IMG/VR virus record: IMGVR_UViG_3300031977_001585
Coordinates: 1 to 64,000 of that record
DNA from: a virus
DNA: 64,000 nt
Direction: 5' to 3' (one strand)
Both the position numbers and the translations under genes were made by a program. Positions within the stretch are counted from its first letter, which is position 1. The number at the start of each line of letters is the position of its first letter. The notes below the pieces were generated by a model that made no database searches, was not told where the DNA came from, and worked only from the letters and a program-made list of their open reading frames with translations. Shown here in pieces: positions 47,817-57,274 of this stretch.

Positions 47817-47841
47817 AATCATCTCCTCATCAACAGTACCT

Positions 47842-47897
47842 ATTATACTGATTTTGAGAACAGAGTCAACCCTTTTTGAAAACTTTTTTATGGTAAT
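47842..47897 (-). promoter_or_regulatory. sigma70-like early promoter with UP element
   Basis: TTGACT-16-TATAAT; upstream ATTACCATAAAAAAGTTTT identical to that at ~43509-43527. Confidence 0.8.
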
Positions 47898-47898
47898 A

Positions 47899-48300
47899 TT
47901 ACCAAAACATCTCGGTCAACCAGCCTTCGGTGGCGTATGCCTCGATCTCCCAAGGTTGACTACGGTAAGGGATCATCACGTCTTCAGGGATGTGATTCTT
48001 CTTCCATCGAGTCATGTCACCGTTCAACTCTTTGCGAATGAACTGCTTTGCATGAACCAACTCATGGGCAAGGGTCTGTGCGATCTCACCTGCACTCTGG
48101 TTGGTGTTGATCTGGATACCGATCAAGTCGGTGTCCTCAAGGTGACACAATCCCATCTCTTCGATGGTCTTAGTGAAATGAACCACAACGTCGATCTCTC
48201 GTTTGAACGGACGGGGCAATAACTCATTCACCACATTACAGGCAAACTCTTCGTACCGTTTGCGGTTCTTGACTCGACCTTGGAAGTAGATATTGATCAC
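47899..48300 (-). CDS. HEXXH metallopeptidase-like protein (paralogue of 42021-42506)
   Basis: TLAHELVHAKQ ... QPWEIEAY. Confidence 0.8.
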   Translation of the reverse strand: MINIYFQGRVKNRKRYEEFACNVVNELLPRPFKREIDVVVHFTKTIEEMGLCHLEDTDLIGIQINTNQSAGEIAQTLAHELVHAKQFIRKELNGDMTRWKKNHIPEDVMIPYRSQPWEIEAYATEGWLTEMFW

Positions 48301-48326
48301 GGGTCACCTCTCTCAAATACAGTAGT

Positions 48327-48355
48327 ATTGTCTCACAGACAGGGGGTGGGGTCAA
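48327..48355 (-). promoter_or_regulatory. sigma70-like promoter
   Basis: TTGACC-17-GACAAT. Confidence 0.5.
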
Positions 48356-48381
48356 ATGAAATTTTGGAATACAATATATTC

Positions 48382-48573
48382 CTATTTTTCATCCTTTAGG
48401 TTCTGAGGGTACGAGTTCTGAGGTTTGTACAACTCGTAGAGTCGTGCGTACATGTCCCGATCAATGGTCATATTGCGCAACTCATACTTCAGGTTATCGA
48501 CGTATAACCAGAGGGACATGCCTCCAAGTCCAAGTAAGATCAACCCATAAAATAGTAGTGTTTGATTTTCCAT
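48382..48573 (-). CDS. Small membrane protein
   Basis: N-terminal hydrophobic helix. Confidence 0.65.
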   Translation of the reverse strand: MENQTLLFYGLILLGLGGMSLWLYVDNLKYELRNMTIDRDMYARLYELYKPQNSYPQNLKDEK

Positions 48574-48574
48574 C

Positions 48575-48913
48575 TCATCTCCTCATAGACGCAAGGTCTT
48601 TCATCTGTTGTTCGTCGATCACCGGAATGGCATTCGACTTGTGCATTGTACCGATACCCTTGACTAGGGTACCAGTGTATCTCTTTGGTTCGACTTTGGT
48701 GCCGACACCATTGCCAACGGAGAAGTCGTCTCTACTTGGGTACTGTGCGAGTTCCTGTCGTCTCTGCTCTGCATAAGAAAGGATGCGCGACGGTTTCGTT
48801 GACTCGATTGGACGGAACGGTGGCGGTTGGTACTTCTCATAAACTTCTCCTTTGGGTTTCACTTTCTTAATCTTACGACCACTCGGGGTATGTCTCATTG
48901 AACCGTGGATCAT
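48575..48913 (-). CDS. Conserved hypothetical phage protein
   Basis: YTGT.VKGI.TMHKSNAIPV.....KD.A.MRR. Confidence 0.8.
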   Translation of the reverse strand: MIHGSMRHTPSGRKIKKVKPKGEVYEKYQPPPFRPIESTKPSRILSYAEQRRQELAQYPSRDDFSVGNGVGTKVEPKRYTGTLVKGIGTMHKSNAIPVIDEQQMKDLASMRR

Positions 48914-49077
48914 AACTCTTTCTCCATTCGACGCAATATCTGTTGCATTGCACCCAACTCTGCTGTAAGGAAGTGCAATTTGGTGTTGGGTGTCATGTTA
49001 TCAACAGGCAGATTCCGGATCTGATCCATCTTCTCGTTGATCTCTTCCTTAACGATCTTAAGCACTTGCTCTTTCAC
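48910..49077 (-). CDS. Small hypothetical protein, 55 aa
   Basis: GTG start with GAGGT SD; fills the gap with ATGA coupling. Confidence 0.55.
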   Translation of the reverse strand: MKEQVLKIVKEEINEKMDQIRNLPVDNMTPNTKLHFLTAELGAMQQILRRMEKEL

Positions 49078-49624
49078 TCTTTACCTCAAACCACTCTGGC
49101 ACTGGACGGTTAGTCCAAAGCATAGTAAACCGATCTTGCTTGGTCTGGTAGAATGCACGGTATGACTTGACAGGGTCAGACATTATGCACTCAGGGTTAG
49201 AACCCATTGCAAGTTTGAACGGGGTGCGTTCTACCTGGGGGATTGCCGCAGGTGGAGTTTGTAATATATCACGCAGTAGAGTGTCTGTCAAGTGCTTCTT
49301 ACCATATCGATAAGTATACTCATCACAGAGAGCAACAAAGTGCCGGTAGTGCCAGATGTAATTGCAGACGGATTCCATTGTCCAGACGGTACACGGGTGG
49401 CCGTGGTGGACTGCTTTGTAGAGTTTGTCCTCTAGGGTGGGATGATCATAATATTTGATCATGGTCTTGCCAGACTTGGATGGTTTGCGGTATACTTGAC
49501 CGTCTAGCATTCGATGTGCCGTAGACAGCATTTGTGCCGACTCGACCACCATCTTTGGTATGTGTTTATCGCATTGCTCTTGCGCAGCTATGACAGGATC
49601 TTCGTTCAGTATAAAAATATTCAT
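49058..49624 (-). CDS. Pyrimidine-dimer DNA glycosylase (DenV-like) family protein
   Basis: MNIF.L..DP..AA...CDKH..KM..ESAQMLSTAH, H..HPC..W, EY..RYGK.H. Confidence 0.8.
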   Translation of the reverse strand: MNIFILNEDPVIAAQEQCDKHIPKMVVESAQMLSTAHRMLDGQVYRKPSKSGKTMIKYYDHPTLEDKLYKAVHHGHPCTVWTMESVCNYIWHYRHFVALCDEYTYRYGKKHLTDTLLRDILQTPPAAIPQVERTPFKLAMGSNPECIMSDPVKSYRAFYQTKQDRFTMLWTNRPVPEWFEVKSERASA

Positions 49625-49651
49625 ATAGTATATCCCCCATTAGGTTAGAAT

Positions 49652-49700
49652 ATTGTAACAGAAGATTTTTAGTCTGTCAAGCCCCCAACTTGTATAAATA
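49652..49700. promoter_or_regulatory. Back-to-back early (minus) and late (plus) promoters
   Basis: TTGACA-17-TACAAT on minus 49652-49680; TATAAATA on plus 49693-49700. Confidence 0.8.
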
Positions 49701-49705
49701 ACCGT

Positions 49706-49960
49706 ATGACTACAGATTTATTTGATTTTGGTTTCACTGCCGTTGACGAATCGGAACTAGAGGCTGCACAGCAACTGGAGACGGTTACGTCGACTGTGGA
49801 CGAAACTCAAGATCGACTCGATCGACTGTTCAATGCGATTCAACCACTGTTGACCAATCTCAAGTTAAACCCTGAGAAAGAGTACATCCTGTGGCCGAAT
49901 CGATTGGAGAAGATTGAGGAGTTTGAAGCATATATTCAAAACATCTATAAGGGATCCTAA
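49706..49960 (+). CDS. Conserved hypothetical late protein
   Basis: FDFGFTAVDE.EL ... PLL.NL..NPEKEYI.WPNR. Confidence 0.8.
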   Translation: MTTDLFDFGFTAVDESELEAAQQLETVTSTVDETQDRLDRLFNAIQPLLTNLKLNPEKEYILWPNRLEKIEEFEAYIQNIYKGS

Positions 49961-49963
49961 CCA

Positions 49964-50809
49964 ATGTTTTACAATCCAAAACTAGAATCTATTCAGTCGA
50001 ATAGTTCCACGCAAAAGTACGTATCCGAAATGAGCAAGGAAATGCTTGCTGGCAGACTTGAGGGATGCGTCAAGAATGTAACTACCAATCAAGGCAAGTA
50101 CCTACGCACATGGAACGGTGAAGTTGATGTCGTCGAAGAGGCAATATCACGTGCACCAATGTTCGCAAACGTATTAAAGTCTCGTGGATACAAGAACATC
50201 CTTTTTGTCGGTCACTTTAATGACCACCAGACATCGTGGATTCTGGACAAGTTTGCTGGTCGTATGATCGATCTTGTACCAGAAGAACGTGGAGATGCTC
50301 AGACATATCCAGATCTAAACGTAGTTGTACAATTCATTCCAGTAATAATGAAAGAATTCGGATACGAAGATTCGTTTACTGTAGCACGTCCGTCAGAGAG
50401 CAAGCACCAAGGTGTTATGCACGAAGTATACTCTGAATGCGGAGTTCCTGTATCTCCTTGTGGTCCTCAGTACAAGCATGGACATCAATCTTTCGGTATG
50501 GAGCACTCCGGTGAACCATTCGATGCGGTTGTCTTCCTAGGAGTTCCAATGAGTACTCCGGATGTCGGTTTCGAAGAAGATCTAGTACGCAGTGTGTTCG
50601 CACCAATGTGTACAGAAGACTTTGAGATGGTTGACCTATACTATGGTGCACCATCTTCAGTTAAGTGGCAGAACGGTGAAGAGAAATCTTCCCTACCAGA
50701 AGTACAGTCTGCCTTTACTACTCGTGTTTCATGGGATCATGGATTTGCCCGTCAAGGCGGTTCCCCAGAAGAGTTTGACATTATGGCACGTATGTTTACC
50801 GTTTACTAA
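49964..50809 (+). CDS. Hypothetical protein, possible Rossmann-like fold
   Basis: 281 aa; YKNILFVG and FDAVVFLG strands. Confidence 0.65.
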   Translation: MFYNPKLESIQSNSSTQKYVSEMSKEMLAGRLEGCVKNVTTNQGKYLRTWNGEVDVVEEAISRAPMFANVLKSRGYKNILFVGHFNDHQTSWILDKFAGRMIDLVPEERGDAQTYPDLNVVVQFIPVIMKEFGYEDSFTVARPSESKHQGVMHEVYSECGVPVSPCGPQYKHGHQSFGMEHSGEPFDAVVFLGVPMSTPDVGFEEDLVRSVFAPMCTEDFEMVDLYYGAPSSVKWQNGEEKSSLPEVQSAFTTRVSWDHGFARQGGSPEEFDIMARMFTVY

Positions 50810-50831
50810 CGGTAGGAACTTACCCGACAGT

Positions 50832-50866
50832 GAAAAAAAGAGGGGGACGCAAGTCCCCTTTCTTTT
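50832..50866. terminator. Bidirectional terminator
   Basis: AAAAAAAGAGGGGGAC-GCAA-GTCCCCTTTCTTTT between convergent genes. Confidence 0.85.
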
Positions 50867-51008
50867 ATATGCAATATAAGATACCACCTAGAACACCACA
50901 CCATATCAAGACATTTGGATAGTCTATCCAGCAGTCCTTAAAATCAACGGCAGTGTACCGGATGAAATCTACAGTGTATCTAAGATACTTCGTCACCTTC
51001 TGGTTCAT
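50865..51008 (-). CDS. Small membrane protein, 47 aa
   Basis: MNQKVTKYLRY...YPNVLIWCGVLGGILYCI. Confidence 0.55.
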   Translation of the reverse strand: MNQKVTKYLRYTVDFIRYTAVDFKDCWIDYPNVLIWCGVLGGILYCI

Positions 51009-51645
51009 TGATTGTCCCCACTTCTATCTTTACATTCTTAGGTAAGATTAGTTTTATATCTGAGTGAACGTGATGTATCACGAACTGCGTGTTACTGAAC
51101 TCTTGAAAAAACTTAGACCAGATCGGTCTCCAGTTAGATGCCATGCGGTGCACGTTCAAGGCACTGCGATCTGCCTGTAAAAAGTTGTCAGTATAACTGG
51201 CAAGGTTCATATCGAACATAGCATCGAATCCGTATATGTGAACTTCGGTTGCTCTCATGATACGACAAGCATAGTCAACTGCCATGTGACCGCATGAGTA
51301 GTTCGATGCGGCATCTGCCAACTTTTGCCCTGGTAGTCTTGCGTATGGTGGTACGTGGGTATGAAACCCTTTGATGTTTTGAGAATATTTTAGGTAGAAC
51401 GTCGGGTTCTTTTCCATCCATCGACGTGGACGTGTGCCTAGAATCCAATCATAGTGATCTAGTTGAATCTCACCTCGTTCAAGTGCACCCATGATCTTGA
51501 AGTCTACCATACAAGACGCAAAGACCTCGTAAGGTGTCAGAGGGAGAGGGGGCATGTTGCAAACAAGGAGTTCTCCCTTCACACCACGTTCGAAGAGAGG
51601 CCAACTGTCACCGTTGCCCAGTATGTGAACTGTTCTCTGTTTCAT
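50980..51645 (-). CDS. GT29/MptE-like Rossmann-fold protein (putative glycosyltransferase)
   Basis: ILGNG.S, CN, S.GH.A...A, EVHIYGFD. Confidence 0.6.
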   Translation of the reverse strand: MKQRTVHILGNGDSWPLFERGVKGELLVCNMPPLPLTPYEVFASCMVDFKIMGALERGEIQLDHYDWILGTRPRRWMEKNPTFYLKYSQNIKGFHTHVPPYARLPGQKLADAASNYSCGHMAVDYACRIMRATEVHIYGFDAMFDMNLASYTDNFLQADRSALNVHRMASNWRPIWSKFFQEFSNTQFVIHHVHSDIKLILPKNVKIEVGTINEPEGDEVS

Positions 51646-52016
51646 CGTTCACCCTCTTTATGAAACGATCCGTAGATGCAGTGTGCTAGTTCATGTCCCC
51701 AAGTAGACATTCGATTGGTGTCTCGAACACTCCTTGGTTCCACTACGTATATATCGCAACGTTTTACCTTAGTCAGATCTCCCTTTGGATGTACCCATCG
51801 AGCAAGACCATCGACCTCTTGCTTGCTAAAGTCTGCGTCCTCCAAATACTTGTTTAGAGCACGTTCTGTTGGAAACGTCTGAATTCGAATATCGATGTAC
51901 TCTCCGGTAACATCGTGCGTCTTGGTGATGCTCTTCTCTGTGGTGTCGCAACTGGATAGTACCAGCAGCAGGACAACTAGAGATCCTAGTGCTTTAATAT
52001 TCATACCTGACAGCAT
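51642..52016 (-). CDS. Lipoprotein with HEXXH motif
   Basis: Lipobox LSSC; GHELAHC. Confidence 0.7.
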   Translation of the reverse strand: MLSGMNIKALGSLVVLLLVLSSCDTTEKSITKTHDVTGEYIDIRIQTFPTERALNKYLEDADFSKQEVDGLARWVHPKGDLTKVKRCDIYVVEPRSVRDTNRMSTWGHELAHCIYGSFHKEGER

Positions 52017-52329
52017 GTCCTTTCTCTGTTAGTAGGGTGTTGATCATGGTCTCTCCTAGATATATCTCACCTAGGATGCGACCATACTTGCCTTCCTTGA
52101 ATGTTTTTAGTTTTATTTTGGTACCAACAGGTGCGACCTGATTCACGAACTCCTTTGCGGCAAGTCCTTTCTTTTTTTCCTCAAGGTCTCTCGTGCGAGA
52201 TTCCCAAGCATCAATACCGAAAAGACGAATGCGCTGGTTGTGGTAAATAAGACCAAACCCAAGATCAATATCAACGTCGACGGTATCACCATCAACCCAT
52301 CTACGAACTGTCGCATTGTATTCGTACAT
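51994..52329 (-). CDS. Thermonuclease (SNase-like)
   Basis: VDGDTVD..IDLGF, RIRLFGID..E.RT, GKYGRILG. Confidence 0.9.
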   Translation of the reverse strand: MYEYNATVRRWVDGDTVDVDIDLGFGLIYHNQRIRLFGIDAWESRTRDLEEKKKGLAAKEFVNQVAPVGTKIKLKTFKEGKYGRILGEIYLGETMINTLLTEKGHAVRYEY

Positions 52330-52548
52330 TTACTCCACATCTGGAACGATCGAGTAGGCAACCTCCAAGATATCTTGGTATTCAGCAACCTGTTTTAACT
52401 CGTGTTCCAGAGCCTCCATTACGTCTGAGTGTTCACCGATACCAGCAGGATTTTGTAAGTATACCTCTACGTTTGCTTTATGCATAGAGATCTTACCTTT
52501 CATATGTGCGATAGTCGCATCAATCATTCTATTTCTCAAAGTTTTCAT
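52330..52548 (-). CDS. Conserved small phage protein
   Basis: H..G.I..HKANVEVYL.NP.GIGEHSD. Confidence 0.8.
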   Translation of the reverse strand: MKTLRNRMIDATIAHMKGKISMHKANVEVYLQNPAGIGEHSDVMEALEHELKQVAEYQDILEVAYSIVPDVE

Positions 52549-53009
52549 TACCCTTCCCTTGCTTTCTCTATTGCACGAGAACCGAACCAGAACGATATGA
52601 TTGCCGCAAAGATTGCTTTGGTGTCATCATCCCATAGGATGTTTAATGCTTGCGTCAGTGACATACCGTCGTTGACTGCTTCTCGTAATAATGTAATTTC
52701 TATTGTGGTGAACAGTATGAAAAAGGCATACGTGATCACCGGCCTTACCGACTTCTGCAATCCGGACATAAATCCTGTGCCCTGAGAAATTGCAGTGTCG
52801 TGTGCCAAGAGTGCCTTCTGCTCTTCGTGCAGACCCATCTCTTGAAACCTTTTTATCTCATGGTCGTACCCTTTCATCTGGAGTTCTGCCATCTTCTCCA
52901 TCTTCTTGAGTTCGAACTCCATCGTTCTTTTGGACTTGTAGTGTTCTGTGATGGCTGGTACTACCGAACTACCGAATCCAAGGATCGACCCTATTAAACC
53001 ACTTAACAT
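52548..53009 (-). CDS. Membrane protein, 3TM-holin-like
   Basis: SVRPVITY ... IISFWFGSR. Confidence 0.65.
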   Translation of the reverse strand: MLSGLIGSILGFGSSVVPAITEHYKSKRTMEFELKKMEKMAELQMKGYDHEIKRFQEMGLHEEQKALLAHDTAISQGTGFMSGLQKSVRPVITYAFFILFTTIEITLLREAVNDGMSLTQALNILWDDDTKAIFAAIISFWFGSRAIEKAREG

Positions 53010-53010
53010 A

Positions 53011-53691
53011 TCACTTCCTCCAATATTGACCTACCCACTCTTGTGGTTCGTAGGTCTTTCTAGGGGTTACGACTGTTTCCGTCATAGACTGTTTAATGCT
53101 TGGTCGTCCGTGGAAACAGACAATAGATGCACTCCCAATGTTACTTGGGTACACTTCATACTTATATGATTTTATCTGTTGCGGAAATGCTCTCTGCAAT
53201 AAAACTCTCTGTATGGTGGGTATTGTGCTCTCCAGATATTCACCGTCTCCTCGATAGGTTTTCATTGCTTGCTCTTTACCGATCTGCCACTCGTGCCACA
53301 CCCAGACCATTGTCGAAGATTCCCAAGACATGATAGGAGACTGCAGTTTACCCTTGAGGTATTGTTGATGATCATTGGTTGCACCCAGATCTTCCACACC
53401 CGCAAACTTACCGTCATATGACAGCAACCAATCGATGTTGCCTGTGATCACAGTGTCCAAGTCAAAGTAGACAACCCGTCCATCCATTCGACCATCGAAC
53501 AGTTGGAGTTTATTCCACCATCCTTCGAGACCACCTCGAAGTGGGACAGTAGATACTCCCGGAATGATTCGGTCGCTATAGCATACGAACTTGTGAGGCA
53601 CCGTAGTGTTGCGTTCTACAGATGCTTTCAAAACATGTACGTACTCTTTGGAGAATTTGTCTCCCCATAGCACACAACAAACTGTGATCAT
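53011..53691 (-). CDS. GT-A glycosyltransferase (GT8-like)
   Basis: WG.KF, GWWNKLQLF, YFDLD, GD..Y, FHGRP. Confidence 0.8.
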   Translation of the reverse strand: MITVCCVLWGDKFSKEYVHVLKASVERNTTVPHKFVCYSDRIIPGVSTVPLRGGLEGWWNKLQLFDGRMDGRVVYFDLDTVITGNIDWLLSYDGKFAGVEDLGATNDHQQYLKGKLQSPIMSWESSTMVWVWHEWQIGKEQAMKTYRGDGEYLESTIPTIQRVLLQRAFPQQIKSYKYEVYPSNIGSASIVCFHGRPSIKQSMTETVVTPRKTYEPQEWVGQYWRK

Positions 53692-54347
53692 ATTATCTCG
53701 TAATTGCTGTCAAAACCGTGTTTTGCCAGACACCCTCTCTCGTTTTGGACTGTGGTGAAGTCGTCCTGTGCGTATGCACAGTACGGGTAGTGTTCTTGTA
53801 ACCAACCGAATCGACTTAGATGTAGATAGACATCCGGTGTGTTTGCCTCTTTCCTCGCACGTTTTGTGAGGATCTTGGCACCCATTGGTGTAACTATATA
53901 TGCGTGAGTCCCGGGAAAGTATGGTTTAGATACGAGTCCACCCCACCCAATCGTTGCTGGAGTATTGAACTTTCCGTAGGATGGTGCTCCTATGTTGCCA
54001 CAGAAGTTAGGAAGCACGGTTGGTAGAGGCGCAGTGATCACTGCGTCGTGCTCGAACACTGCAATAGGTTCGTTTAGATGCATGCATGTATTCCACAAAC
54101 TGTAGTGGGATAGGAAGCATGCGATTTGATTCTCTAGTCGTGAGTAGGTGTCATTGAAGTGCTCTGTGCTGATACCTGATCTCTCACATATTTTGAAAAC
54201 GTCATTCTTAGGTGTGATTGCCGCAAACTTTTCGACAGATACTCCATGAAGTTTCCCTGACTTGATACATCGATCGGCTGCCTGTTGTGACTTTGCATGC
54301 CCACCGATAGCAATTACAACTGCTCTCATATAGTTTCCTTCAGACAA
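53688..54347 (-). CDS. GT25 family glycosyltransferase
   Basis: ACFLSHY.LW..C, VFEHDA, GTHAYIV.P..A. Confidence 0.85.
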   Translation of the reverse strand: MSEGNYMRAVVIAIGGHAKSQQAADRCIKSGKLHGVSVEKFAAITPKNDVFKICERSGISTEHFNDTYSRLENQIACFLSHYSLWNTCMHLNEPIAVFEHDAVITAPLPTVLPNFCGNIGAPSYGKFNTPATIGWGGLVSKPYFPGTHAYIVTPMGAKILTKRARKEANTPDVYLHLSRFGWLQEHYPYCAYAQDDFTTVQNERGCLAKHGFDSNYEII

Positions 54348-54374
54348 AAAAAAGACGGGACATGCCCGTCTTTC
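54345..54374 (-). terminator. Intrinsic terminator
   Basis: AAAGACGGG-CATGT-CCCGTCTTTTTTTT on minus. Confidence 0.8.
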
Positions 54375-54391
54375 TATTTAGAGTATGCGCA

Positions 54392-55087
54392 TTATAGTGA
54401 TGTTACGAATTCGTCAATCTCTTCTGCTTGTGCTGGAGATAGGAACTCTTTCCAGATTCCTACTTTTTCGACAAGACCTGAATCAGACCATTCACGTAGT
54501 GAACGGACTTCTGACTTCTCTACAGCAACGTCGATACAACCTAGATCAATGCTCTCTTTTTTCTGACCAAAACTTTCCAACTCCGGATTGTCTTGTTGAG
54601 GTAGTACACTGAATACGAAATCCATTAGTACACGTTGAGGTTCAGCAACCAACTCTTCGTATGATATCTCTTTCTCGAATACGACATCTGAGACTGCCGA
54701 TTCGAATTCTGCTACCATACTTAAACCTAGACTTGAATCACGGAAACCTTCCCATGACATTTCTGGTTCGAATGTTTGCCATACCTGAACTAGGGCATCT
54801 TTCCAATCACGACGGATTAGATAACGACGGTCAGTTGTGCACTGTAGAAGTGCCTCTTTGCTGATACCGTCTCTTGCTGGAGTATAATCTAATGAAGTAG
54901 TCACTACAGGTTTTAGGTTAACGTGATGTGCTTCTACAGCAACTTCCAAATTTGTACTACCTGGAGGAACTGCTTTTTCAGCACGAACCCACATGCCGTA
55001 CATGTTCTGTAGAAAGTCTGCACCACAACCTGCACCACCTACTAGTACTTGATCCGACAGATCACGCATAGATATTGCTTCAGACAT
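54392..55087 (-). CDS. Sulfotransferase-like protein with atypical P-loop
   Basis: RDWKDALV, ISYEELV..P, G.WKEFLS; N-terminal loop GGAGCGA replaces P[RK]SGT. Confidence 0.6.
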   Translation of the reverse strand: MSEAISMRDLSDQVLVGGAGCGADFLQNMYGMWVRAEKAVPPGSTNLEVAVEAHHVNLKPVVTTSLDYTPARDGISKEALLQCTTDRRYLIRRDWKDALVQVWQTFEPEMSWEGFRDSSLGLSMVAEFESAVSDVVFEKEISYEELVAEPQRVLMDFVFSVLPQQDNPELESFGQKKESIDLGCIDVAVEKSEVRSLREWSDSGLVEKVGIWKEFLSPAQAEEIDEFVTSL

Positions 55088-55166
55088 ATTTCTTTCCTTG
55101 TTTGAACGTTCTAAGAATACTGTGATGTGTCCATACTCTGGCCAGTGGTCACCATCACAGTTTAAT

Positions 55167-55200
55167 TATTTATAAAAAAACCGGACCCGAAGTCCGGTTC
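55167..55200 (-). terminator. UUCG terminator abutting a late promoter
   Basis: AACCGGAC-TTCG-GGTCCGGTTTTTTT followed by TATAAATA (55167-55174). Confidence 0.85.
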
Positions 55201-55207
55201 TTGTGGA

Positions 55208-55414
55208 TTATTTTTGCTCTTCTTTCCAAATAGTCCATAATCCGTATAGAACACCAGCATATGCTACCAGTGAGATCAAGGATTCAAAGAGAATGTAACT
55301 ACCACAGACTGCGACGATTACTGTCCCGTCCCACGTGGTTCGTTCACCGATTCGTTCGTTGACCCATTCCTTTGCTTTTGCTACCCATACAGCTGCTTGT
55401 GTAAATCCCCACAT
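55208..55414 (-). CDS. Small membrane protein
   Basis: R..ERT.WDG motif with two hydrophobic segments. Confidence 0.7.
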   Translation of the reverse strand: MWGFTQAAVWVAKAKEWVNERIGERTTWDGTVIVAVCGSYILFESLISLVAYAGVLYGLWTIWKEEQK

Positions 55415-56406
55415 TATTTGTTATCCCTATAGTCGTTGAGTGTGAAGTTTGTGCCGTGCATCTTCATAAGATCACGTTCGTGGTTGGTGTAGACTAAGAC
55501 TTCCGGATCATCAACTAGGAAGTCACATTCTTTGCAGAAACCAGGATAGTCTCCTGTCTTGTGCTGTTGCCTCAGTTTTTCATATTCTTCACCGAAGAAA
55601 ATATCTTCGATAGTATCGTCTTGACAGTGCCCCAGAACGGCCTCTTCGTCCCGTCCCAGTACCTGACAACATGGATGTACAGCCCCATGTTTACCGTCAA
55701 GACCGCCAGCACGTATAACCACATCGGGACTAAATGGTCTACCACAACTTTTTACCTTTCCTGTTCTTGCATTATCACCAATTTCGTATGCTCCTGACCA
55801 GTTGTGCATCTTCCAGATCTCTGTCTTGACACCCAACTCTTCGACCAGTGCTTTGTATTTGGTTAGTTCTTCATCAATCTTATCGTTGTCTGTGATAAGG
55901 TGATAGGTTGACACTACGCAATCTGCGCCTGTTTCGTTTACATAGGAAACCATTTCCTGAATGTTGCGTTTGATTTGTGCGTAGTGCCCACCTACAGCGT
56001 TGTACATCCATTTGGTGTAGTCTTGTTCGTCTGACCCAATGAATGAAAACCGATAGAAGTCCAGACCTGCGTCGACACAGTCTCGCATGTACTGACCTTC
56101 CATTTTAAATCCGTTCGAGAAGATGAAGCACTTTGCCCCATACTTCTTCACTACCTTTATATATTCAGGTAGGTTCTTTGCCATTGTTGCCTCACCAGAA
56201 CCATCAAGGTTCACGACACGGAGTCCATGCTTCGCACAGTCTGCAACGTATCCCTCGAACTCATCGAGTTTCATGATGCGACGGAACCCTTTGTGACGAC
56301 CACCTTCACGCAGATCTTGTGGGCACATGCTGCAGGAATAGTTACACCCTCCAGCAACCTCGATAACCGCACGATCGATCGTGAATGTTTCTCTAGTCAT
56401 TTCCAT
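55414..56406 (-). CDS. Radical SAM protein with SPASM/twitch domain
   Basis: CNYSCSMCP (CxxxCxxC); C.RPF...PCC...C..CD. Confidence 0.9.
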   Translation of the reverse strand: MEMTRETFTIDRAVIEVAGGCNYSCSMCPQDLREGGRHKGFRRIMKLDEFEGYVADCAKHGLRVVNLDGSGEATMAKNLPEYIKVVKKYGAKCFIFSNGFKMEGQYMRDCVDAGLDFYRFSFIGSDEQDYTKWMYNAVGGHYAQIKRNIQEMVSYVNETGADCVVSTYHLITDNDKIDEELTKYKALVEELGVKTEIWKMHNWSGAYEIGDNARTGKVKSCGRPFSPDVVIRAGGLDGKHGAVHPCCQVLGRDEEAVLGHCQDDTIEDIFFGEEYEKLRQQHKTGDYPGFCKECDFLVDDPEVLVYTNHERDLMKMHGTNFTLNDYRDNK

Positions 56407-57274
56407 AGTATTTACTCAATCTTGTTTCGTAATCAACTGCTCTTTTTTTAGTTTCACCTAAGAGAGTTCCCATGTTATTTATCCACCACCAAGGACTGTG
56501 CATCTCATGAGGTTCTAACTGCGGATGCATTCTAAGTGCATTTGGTGTGTGATATTTAGTGACACCTTCACCTGACGTTACTGCCAAAGGTCTAGCAAAG
56601 TTCTTTGCGACGTAGTGCCAGATGCCATCATAGCACAGTACCAGTCTCGATGTAGAGATCAGATACATTGCCTCGGATGCTGGTGTACGATATGATACTT
56701 CATATACCTCAAACCCCAGTCCTTTCAGATGGGCAATTGCTCGTTCCCAGTCATCGTTTGTGAATAAACGTTTCCACGTCCTTGGAGTCTCTGCGTTCCA
56801 TGTAGGTCTCCAAATGGTGATCCGATTATCCACGTAATCTCGAAATGCATCTTTTCGAAAGATCCAATCGTTGTCTGGGGCACGGCCACCTTGTTCATCG
56901 GTATACACACCAGACTCGAAGTAGAATCGTGCTTTTGCTCTATGAATAGATGCAATCCTACTCGTACCATTCTTCTCCTTAACCACATCATCAAAAAACT
57001 TCCAGTCTCGATATCTGCCTTGCGCATTATAGATGTGGTGGACTTCTACACGATCCTTGTCGTGGTAAAAGTTATGGATGTAGTCACACCTCTCGATGAT
57101 TGTCTCGGGATCTTCAAAGTGGTGTAAATATTCAGGACCATGCTCCCAATGGAACTCTAGGTTGATTTTCCTGACATTATAGTCTGCGGCATATTTGTGG
57201 CACGAGTTAAGTGCCCACATAAAATCACCTACACCCGGTGTACCTCTCCAGGTTACGAGTTCCGACGGTTTCAT
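56393..57274 (-). CDS. Putative GT-B-like glycosyltransferase
   Basis: PGVGD start; WKR....W; YDG.WHYVA. Confidence 0.5.
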   Translation of the reverse strand: MKPSELVTWRGTPGVGDFMWALNSCHKYAADYNVRKINLEFHWEHGPEYLHHFEDPETIIERCDYIHNFYHDKDRVEVHHIYNAQGRYRDWKFFDDVVKEKNGTSRIASIHRAKARFYFESGVYTDEQGGRAPDNDWIFRKDAFRDYVDNRITIWRPTWNAETPRTWKRLFTNDDWERAIAHLKGLGFEVYEVSYRTPASEAMYLISTSRLVLCYDGIWHYVAKNFARPLAVTSGEGVTKYHTPNALRMHPQLEPHEMHSPWWWINNMGTLLGETKKRAVDYETRLSKYYGND

